Shown here piece after piece: positions 57,810 to 64,000 of a stretch of DNA of 64,000 nucleotides (position 1 is the stretch's first letter; each line of letters begins with the position of its first letter). This DNA comes from a virus (Duplodnaviria; Caudoviricetes). The DNA is taken from positions 128,001 to 192,000 of the IMG/VR virus record IMGVR_UViG_3300013947_000019, one strand, 5' to 3'. The notes under the pieces are model-generated. The model worked only from the letters and a program-made list of their open reading frames with translations. It had not been told where the DNA came from and made no database searches. The translations under genes were made by a program, and so were the position numbers.

Positions 57810-57820
57810 AAATCCGGGTC
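57797..57820 (-). repeat. 24-bp recombination-like site 6
   Basis: + strand GGCCGGAACTC-AG-AAATCCGGGTC. Confidence 0.75.
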
Positions 57821-57874
57821 TAGGTCAAATAAAGAAAAAAAAAGAAAATATAGGGAGGAGCCGAAGCCCCTCCC
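57806..57874. repeat. 69-bp perfect direct repeat, copy 2
   Basis: Identical to 20428-20496. Confidence 0.9.
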
Positions 57875-57884
57875 CAGTTATTTT

Positions 57885-58046
57885 CTACCCCCGAACATTT
57901 CGGAAAGTCAATGCCGTATATAGTAACATTGCACCAAGCCACTGTAAGCTAGTAGGCCAATCGCCTTTCTGAATAATATTGACAACTAAACTACCAAGTG
58001 CTCCTACTACCATCATGATCGGGAAAATGATACGTAACAGATCCAT
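57885..58046 (-). CDS. Small two-TM membrane protein (53 aa, absent from the ORF track)
   Basis: AAGGAG SD; MDLLRIIFPIMMVVGALGSLVV... Confidence 0.55.
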   Translation of the reverse strand: MDLLRIIFPIMMVVGALGSLVVNIIQKGDWPTSLQWLGAMLLYTALTFRNVRG

Positions 58047-58098
58047 ACTTAACTTTTCTCCTTCTTACTAGTATTGTACAGATATGTTACTTATATCA

Positions 58099-58632
58099 TT
58101 ATTTTACTTCTTTTCCAGTAAACGGCACATTATCATAGAGATCTCTTCTACGAGAATTATACTTGGGGATTTCTACACGAACATGCAGAGAAAGATGCAT
58201 TTCACTATCTGTGATCTCACATGTAGTCTTACCTCGTCTGAAGATAACTTCTTTGAAAGCATTACTGGATGCATCATACTCATACAGATGTGCACCTTCA
58301 TTGATCATGTCACTCATATATGCCGGAATTGCATAATATATAGCTTTCATATCAATTTCAGCTGCCTCTTCTGTTGGATGTCTATTAAAACCAAGCAATT
58401 CGCAGGTAGCTTTATCAAGCTTACTGAAATCCAACTTAGAGCATGTTGACTGATAATACTGATCACCAATGGTATCAAGAATACCATTGATACAATACAT
58501 CAGACCAGTAGCACTTTCAATAAGATTTCGATCCTTTGATACACTAATATTCTTCAGATTATTAACTGCATTAGTCAGAATCTGAATAATTGTAGTGATA
58601 GTAGGATCTATAGTTGTATTAGGAATGATCAT
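58099..58632 (-). CDS. Hypothetical protein
   Basis: 177-aa ORF in operon. Confidence 0.6.
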   Translation of the reverse strand: MIIPNTTIDPTITTIIQILTNAVNNLKNISVSKDRNLIESATGLMYCINGILDTIGDQYYQSTCSKLDFSKLDKATCELLGFNRHPTEEAAEIDMKAIYYAIPAYMSDMINEGAHLYEYDASSNAFKEVIFRRGKTTCEITDSEMHLSLHVRVEIPKYNSRRRDLYDNVPFTGKEVK

Positions 58633-58652
58633 AACAATATCAATACCCTTTC

Positions 58653-59042
58653 TTATATTTTGAGTTTCCTTCGATGAGGAAGAGTGAGAAAGACTTCTCT
58701 ATAGGTATCTGCGACTCTACAATAGATCTCATATTGATAATCTTTCGGTACTAATGATGAACTTATAAGCAACCTACCAGTTTTAGATTCCATGATACTA
58801 TAACTATCTAAACAATGCTTAGCCATCTTTCGGATTTTCTTTTCTATCTTGTGTTTTGGTAGATAAGAATATCTTGTGAGTAAACCATTGTAGAAGCTAT
58901 AATACATTCGATATAGATACAATACAGATGTTCTGTATCGAATCCACTCCATGTCATAATCATATGCAGCAAGTTCAGCTATACTATTCAGTTCTTCACT
59001 AGCTAAACGTGGAGTGCTTCTGATAAAATCGTCAATGATCAT
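58653..59042 (-). CDS. Hypothetical protein
   Basis: 129-aa ORF overlapping the upstream stop. Confidence 0.6.
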   Translation of the reverse strand: MIIDDFIRSTPRLASEELNSIAELAAYDYDMEWIRYRTSVLYLYRMYYSFYNGLLTRYSYLPKHKIEKKIRKMAKHCLDSYSIMESKTGRLLISSSLVPKDYQYEIYCRVADTYREVFLTLPHRRKLKI

Positions 59043-59464
59043 ATCTTTACTCCAGGTCGTCTCTTCAGAAGAATAAACCCATCCTTCGTAGTAAACCCAG
59101 CTTCACGCTTTTCAACAATTCCTTCAGCTTGTCCAAAGATCTCATTGAAATCTACTGGTTTCTTTTTGGGAGGACTTGTTGAAGCTGGAGAAGGTGAGTC
59201 ATCGTCCTCATCATCTTCCAGAATATCATCCAAGATATCCCGAAGAGATGCAACTTCCTCTCGGCTCAGACTAATACCTTTACCGAGTTTGATCTCTCCA
59301 TCCTTTTCATAACAAGCACGGATATCATACTTAGGATCCTTGTCATTCCAAGAGATCTTAGCTACGATCTTATTGTGCTTATCGCTCAGAAAACCATACT
59401 CCTTATGAATCTCATAAGAGAAATCATTGGAATCCTTTTTCTTATTCATATGAACTTTCGCCAT
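59039..59464 (-). CDS. PC4/YdbC-like ssDNA-binding protein
   Basis: ISWNDKDPKYDIR...GKGISLSREE. Confidence 0.75.
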   Translation of the reverse strand: MAKVHMNKKKDSNDFSYEIHKEYGFLSDKHNKIVAKISWNDKDPKYDIRACYEKDGEIKLGKGISLSREEVASLRDILDDILEDDEDDDSPSPASTSPPKKKPVDFNEIFGQAEGIVEKREAGFTTKDGFILLKRRPGVKI

Positions 59465-59479
59465 ATTTGATACACTCCT

Positions 59480-59968
59480 TTATCTCTTCTCATTCAGAAC
59501 CTTCAGATAATCATCATAGAATCCTTCTGCCATATCATCCAACTGTTCCTTGGTGAGATCTTCGAACTTCACATACCCACCATCATAGAAAAGAATGGCA
59601 GCAGTGACGACACCACAAGAGAAATAATCAGGCTCCGGTTCAGGGACGAGTCTCTTAACAGTCTCATAAAAAGCCTGTGCAGATTCTGCATTCTTGAATT
59701 CAATTGCTTTACCATCATATGTCAGAGGATGACCATTATCACGGAAGATATAATACTCCATCTTCTTGGTCTTATAGAGCTCATCGCCAGGAGTATCATT
59801 CAGCATGATACTCATCCCGTTGGTTGCAACATGGGCCCATACAGTATCATCTCCAAACAGAGAGATACTAGCATTGGGATGCATTCCAGACAGAACCTTA
59901 ATCAGATCACCAACGGTCTTGCCTGTTAGATCTGTGCGCTTATTGATATCATAGAAAGGCTTATCCAT
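59480..59968 (-). CDS. Hypothetical protein
   Basis: 162-aa ORF with GGAGG SD. Confidence 0.6.
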   Translation of the reverse strand: MDKPFYDINKRTDLTGKTVGDLIKVLSGMHPNASISLFGDDTVWAHVATNGMSIMLNDTPGDELYKTKKMEYYIFRDNGHPLTYDGKAIEFKNAESAQAFYETVKRLVPEPEPDYFSCGVVTAAILFYDGGYVKFEDLTKEQLDDMAEGFYDDYLKVLNEKR

Positions 59969-59974
59969 TTTTGT

Positions 59975-60196
59975 TCAGTCCTCCAATGTCTTCTCGATTT
60001 TCTTCTTGATCCACTTTCTGAAGATCTTCTCACAAGCCTCCATCATCTCATTGATGACTTTATCCAACTTACTTCCTTCCATCGATTTCGGTACTACGAT
60101 ATTGATACTGATACTCATCTTTGCATCAGTCTGTTTATTAGTACCACTAATCGAAGGAGGAAGCTGGAAATAACAGTTAGTTCTCCTGTTTACCAT
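59975..60196 (-). CDS. Hypothetical protein
   Basis: 73-aa ORF. Confidence 0.5.
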   Translation of the reverse strand: MVNRRTNCYFQLPPSISGTNKQTDAKMSISINIVVPKSMEGSKLDKVINEMMEACEKIFRKWIKKKIEKTLED

Positions 60197-60467
60197 CTTC
60201 CGTATTCTCCTTATCTACCAGTTTGATTGTGATATCAGGCATCGATTTCACATCTGCACTGATATACAACCATACACGATCAGGTTCACCATTAGCAATA
60301 TCATCTTTATCGCTGAAATGAAGAACTATCTCATTATTAATATAGTCTTCATTACCTACCAGCTGTTCATGGATAGATTTTGCGACCCGAAAAGTTTCCT
60401 CCGGATTTTCACAACTGATAGTTACAACCTTACCAGGATGATATTCTCTGGAAGTATTAGTACTCAT
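60177..60467 (-). CDS. Hypothetical protein
   Basis: 96-aa ORF, AAGGAG SD. Confidence 0.6.
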   Translation of the reverse strand: MSTNTSREYHPGKVVTISCENPEETFRVAKSIHEQLVGNEDYINNEIVLHFSDKDDIANGEPDRVWLYISADVKSMPDITIKLVDKENTEDGKQEN

Positions 60468-60490
60468 TGCTTATACTCCTTCTTAGTTAC

Positions 60491-61375
60491 TTAGCGGAAC
60501 TTAGCCCAATTACCAGTCTTTTTCTTTTCCTCCTTGGCAACATCCTTCGCTTTCTCAGTCACTTTATCTGCCAGCTTCTTCTTAGTAGACTTAGCATCCT
60601 GAGCTTTCTTCATACGGCTGACCAAATAAGGGATTGCATCATCGGGATCATATACTTCTGCGTTATAGCTGTACTCAAACTTCACACGAACAGGGAACTC
60701 CTGATAAGCACCAGCATTGATCATGACAACAACGTCATCATCCTTCTTCTTGGTCTTACCAACAGTTTCCACTTCTACCTTGAAGTTTTCGTCCCACAGA
60801 GATACATTATACGCAGCGGCCAGAACCATTGCCAGGTTACAATGCATCACGACAACCTCTGCATCCTCCTGAACCTTCTTCTTACCATCCTTGATACGAA
60901 TAGCCAGCTGATCACGATTATCCCGCTCAATCTCATATATAGGAATTGTCATTGTCTCAAAAGAGATTGCCTTATCCAGATCACCTACAAACATGTATCC
61001 ATTGAACACATTCAATGCAGGATGAGGAACAATGCGACCATTCCCATTCACAGCATTGCCCACAGTGCTGGTAGCCAGCTCCGGAGCAAAATATACTTTA
61101 ACCTGAATCTGGCCATTACAATAGCTGACCAGATTCATATGCAGATACCCCAGCTCAGCCAGAGTATACTTACCATTCTTTTTAATAATACGGTCCATCA
61201 GATCCGTAATCGTCTGCTTCAACAGATGTCCTCCAGGGCATCCAGCAGGCTGATACGTAAGTCGATTGATCGGCTTACCCTCTTCATTCATAATTGTCTG
61301 ATTAATCATCGTGGAATTTTCCATGTTTGCAGTATCCTCCTTCTTGTTCAGAATCTTGCTGTTGTCGATGATCAT
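60491..61375 (-). CDS. Hypothetical protein (first gene after an early-type promoter)
   Basis: AAGGAGG SD, biased codons. Confidence 0.7.
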   Translation of the reverse strand: MIIDNSKILNKKEDTANMENSTMINQTIMNEEGKPINRLTYQPAGCPGGHLLKQTITDLMDRIIKKNGKYTLAELGYLHMNLVSYCNGQIQVKVYFAPELATSTVGNAVNGNGRIVPHPALNVFNGYMFVGDLDKAISFETMTIPIYEIERDNRDQLAIRIKDGKKKVQEDAEVVVMHCNLAMVLAAAYNVSLWDENFKVEVETVGKTKKKDDDVVVMINAGAYQEFPVRVKFEYSYNAEVYDPDDAIPYLVSRMKKAQDAKSTKKKLADKVTEKAKDVAKEEKKKTGNWAKFR

Positions 61376-61524
61376 TTTTCATTTCCTCCTTAATTTAATT
61401 ACTCTTTCGAGTTATTTCTTTCTTGATCACTATATGTATAATATATATCTGAAAACAAATTGAGAAAAGAAGGGAGCCCAGGGTTAATCCCCTGGACTCT
61501 CCTTTCTTGCTAACAAGATATCAG

Positions 61525-63990
61525 TTATAATAAAGTCATTATAACTCGTCCAATAGAAGTTAATACTTCTTTTGGAACAGTAATCTTATCTGAATAGATA
61601 GAAGCATCATATGCAGCCTGGAAATTAAATTGTGGATCACGTGCAGTTACCCAAGATAAATACTGCTGGTACACATTAATCATTACAGACCGCAAATCGA
61701 TTAATTGCTTCTTCAAGTCCGCCTTTACTGTAGTGTTCTGTTTGGTTGTAGAAATTAAATAGTATTTATTGATCAATTTGATCATATAATGAATACGACA
61801 TAATTGATCAATAACTCCTTGTTTATTTCCTGCCTTCATATTCACTTTCAGTAATTGATTTGCTTCTCGGAAATATTTATCCAGTTGATCAACTTCTCGA
61901 CGATGGATAATAATATTACCATCCTTATCAAGTTTGATCTTAAAACTGTGTAAATACTTCTTGAAATTCTGATAAGCAGATTCATCCATAGTAGCCATCT
62001 GGTAATTGAAAATTGCTTCACCCAATGGATCATATGGATTTAAATCTAACACTGCAGACTCTGTTACAGGAATATTTGTGCTCTGAACTGCCCTCTGTTG
62101 GGCTCTCCGAATACTTTCAATTCGTAGAAGCTTCTTTGTAACCTTATCTACGAGTATCTGGTCATACTCTTTGATTAAACCGCTTGTAACGTACAAAGCG
62201 AAGTTTGTATACAAGAAATCTTCAGGTCTCGTTAAAGACGGTTCACGAATCATTGGCTTCTGTCCAGGTTCAGTACCAGCATTAATAATATCTGCAACAA
62301 AGCGACTGCAGAACCAACGCTGCTCCGGATTATCTGCAATACCAAAGAAGTTCTTGAATAATCCAGCAAAGTCGTATCTGAATTTTGTCTTATTCTTAAC
62401 AAAATACTCCAGACGTTTCTTCATAGCAGCAAGCTGACTAGCAGTTACAGGGATACAATATAATGCATAGGTAACATCTTCATTCGTATAGGGAGAATTA
62501 TGAATGCTCTCCTTCACAAATGACCCATTAGATAGTTCAGTTAACTTTGTCTTTCGTCCAAAAGAATACATATTCTTTAGACTTGAATCGAAACTGATTG
62601 TACAATGAGAGAAATGTGATCCAGTGGCTTTCTTAATTGCATTTGCAAGAAGTGTGCCAGTATGAACACAAAGAACATAAACAGGATATAAAGTTCGATC
62701 ATCCGTAGATTCATTGATTGGATCAAAGAATTTAACTTTATCCAACATTTCAAACTTATAACCAGTTTCATTTACAAAATCACCATTAGATATACCAGGA
62801 GTATTATCAAAGAAATTACGTGAACCATCATTGTATGGAATATCAGAAATATCAACTTCCTCATTCTTTTTATTGAACTTAGATTTGAATTCTTCTCTCC
62901 TCCGTTCTTGCTCACGTTTCTTTGCATACTTCTTCTTAGCTTTACGAGCTTTAGCTAACTGTCTATCCTTCTGTTTCTTTTTAAATTGTTCTTTGCGTTC
63001 TCTTTCTGCTTTCTCTCGTTCTTCTCGATACTTAATCTCTTCTTCAGTTTCATGACCAACTGCACGGATACCATACTTCTTAGATATCACATCCTGTTGG
63101 TCTCGATCAATCCCCTGAAGTTGATAAGCATCTTCATTAATTGGTTTATCAAGAGGTATAATCTGGAATCCTTGATTCACTTGATATACATTAATTGTAC
63201 CGCAGCAACTATCATATTTATAATAATTAGAAATAGATCCAATACATTCATCTAAAGTATTATATACAACTCCATATATGAATGGATTACTAGGAGTATA
63301 TGAGATTGTTGGTATCTTAGATTGTTGATCACAAGTCCAGCAATACCCAGTTTCATTCATCGTATTATGATAGATTTTATCCATTATCATAAAAATAGTT
63401 TTACAAGATTCTAAGAAAAACAGATATCTATCAATAATATTATTGAATTCATATACATACTTTATATAATCTTTCTTCTTATCAAAATGAACCAAAGAAC
63501 TATCTACCTGATTATCATGTAAATATAATCCAGGATATTCACGAACAGGATAAACAATATAGTTTTTCTGGTCAAAATATGTATTGATTCGTCTTGATAA
63601 TTTCTTTAACATCTTTTGCCTACTGTTCATTATGGTAAGTTTGTCTCTAATCATCGATGATCCATTCATCTTTGATTTCGGATTAGCGCTTTCCATAATT
63701 GTAGTTGTAGCACTATAAGTTACATTATCATATGCTGGGATTATAGAACCATCTGTATTACAGATCAATAAAAGAAGTTTATTATACTTTCCATATTTTT
63801 CAGCAATTAAATTTACTGAGGTATATGTTTTTCCATTGATTGTAATAGGTTCGCATTCCCAATTATCTTTAGTAGAATATCTAGATCGATGCACAATAAT
63901 GATCATGTCATATCTAGTGGCTCTACCAAATAATCTATCAGGGCTAATTATATTACCAGCACTATGATATACATTAGATTGAATATACAC
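61525..63990 (-). CDS. Large protein with permuted papain-like (YiiX/NlpC-P60) domain, probably virion-associated; true start may lie beyond the window
   Basis: FSHCTISFD...RYDFAG...WFCSRFVA (His before Cys); several xxES motifs. Confidence 0.6.
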   Translation of the reverse strand: MYIQSNVYHSAGNIISPDRLFGRATRYDMIIIVHRSRYSTKDNWECEPITINGKTYTSVNLIAEKYGKYNKLLLLICNTDGSIIPAYDNVTYSATTTIMESANPKSKMNGSSMIRDKLTIMNSRQKMLKKLSRRINTYFDQKNYIVYPVREYPGLYLHDNQVDSSLVHFDKKKDYIKYVYEFNNIIDRYLFFLESCKTIFMIMDKIYHNTMNETGYCWTCDQQSKIPTISYTPSNPFIYGVVYNTLDECIGSISNYYKYDSCCGTINVYQVNQGFQIIPLDKPINEDAYQLQGIDRDQQDVISKKYGIRAVGHETEEEIKYREEREKAERERKEQFKKKQKDRQLAKARKAKKKYAKKREQERRREEFKSKFNKKNEEVDISDIPYNDGSRNFFDNTPGISNGDFVNETGYKFEMLDKVKFFDPINESTDDRTLYPVYVLCVHTGTLLANAIKKATGSHFSHCTISFDSSLKNMYSFGRKTKLTELSNGSFVKESIHNSPYTNEDVTYALYCIPVTASQLAAMKKRLEYFVKNKTKFRYDFAGLFKNFFGIADNPEQRWFCSRFVADIINAGTEPGQKPMIREPSLTRPEDFLYTNFALYVTSGLIKEYDQILVDKVTKKLLRIESIRRAQQRAVQSTNIPVTESAVLDLNPYDPLGEAIFNYQMATMDESAYQNFKKYLHSFKIKLDKDGNIIIHRREVDQLDKYFREANQLLKVNMKAGNKQGVIDQLCRIHYMIKLINKYYLISTTKQNTTVKADLKKQLIDLRSVMINVYQQYLSWVTARDPQFNFQAAYDASIYSDKITVPKEVLTSIGRVIMTLL

Positions 63991-64000
63991 TACACCAGGA

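Noticed and set aside
20419-57874. 24-bp repeats as a CRISPR array
   Set aside because: Copies are kilobases apart, not regularly spaced, and no cas genes are present
1-64000. Alternative genetic code (stop-codon reassignment)
   Set aside because: Long genes are intact under code 11; the only interruptions are explained by introns or a single frameshift; tRNA TAG is an ordinary Leu anticodon

Overview
A 64-kb segment of a large AT-rich tailed phage with phiKZ/AR9-like hallmarks: a two-gene family B DNA polymerase, a phage chaperonin, a primase, terminase, a probable portal and two phage-type promoter motifs. The host is probably a Firmicute (CHAP plus peptidoglycan-binding endolysin, strong SD sites). 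The window also has two tRNAs, an HNH gene, polyphosphate kinase, a DHH phosphoesterase, a serine recombinase, a complete diversity-generating retroelement (DGR) and a large paralogous family of tail-fibre/receptor-binding genes. Main results: (1) Seven 24-bp quasi-palindromic 11-2-11 sites are spread over about 37 kb. One lies, inverted, inside a + strand tail-fibre gene. The other six precede either headless tail-fibre cassettes that would fuse in frame to that gene, or complete tail-fibre genes, one of which is the DGR target. This suggests a dispersed, genome-scale shufflon coupled to a DGR. (2) Two group I introns flank a 9-nt micro-exon that supplies TDS of the polymerase catalytic DTDS motif. 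(3) The DGR reverse transcriptase has YMDN instead of YMDD. (4) A short DKDGFIxL peptide tag recurs on unrelated proteins. All calls come from reading motifs by eye; no database searches were run.
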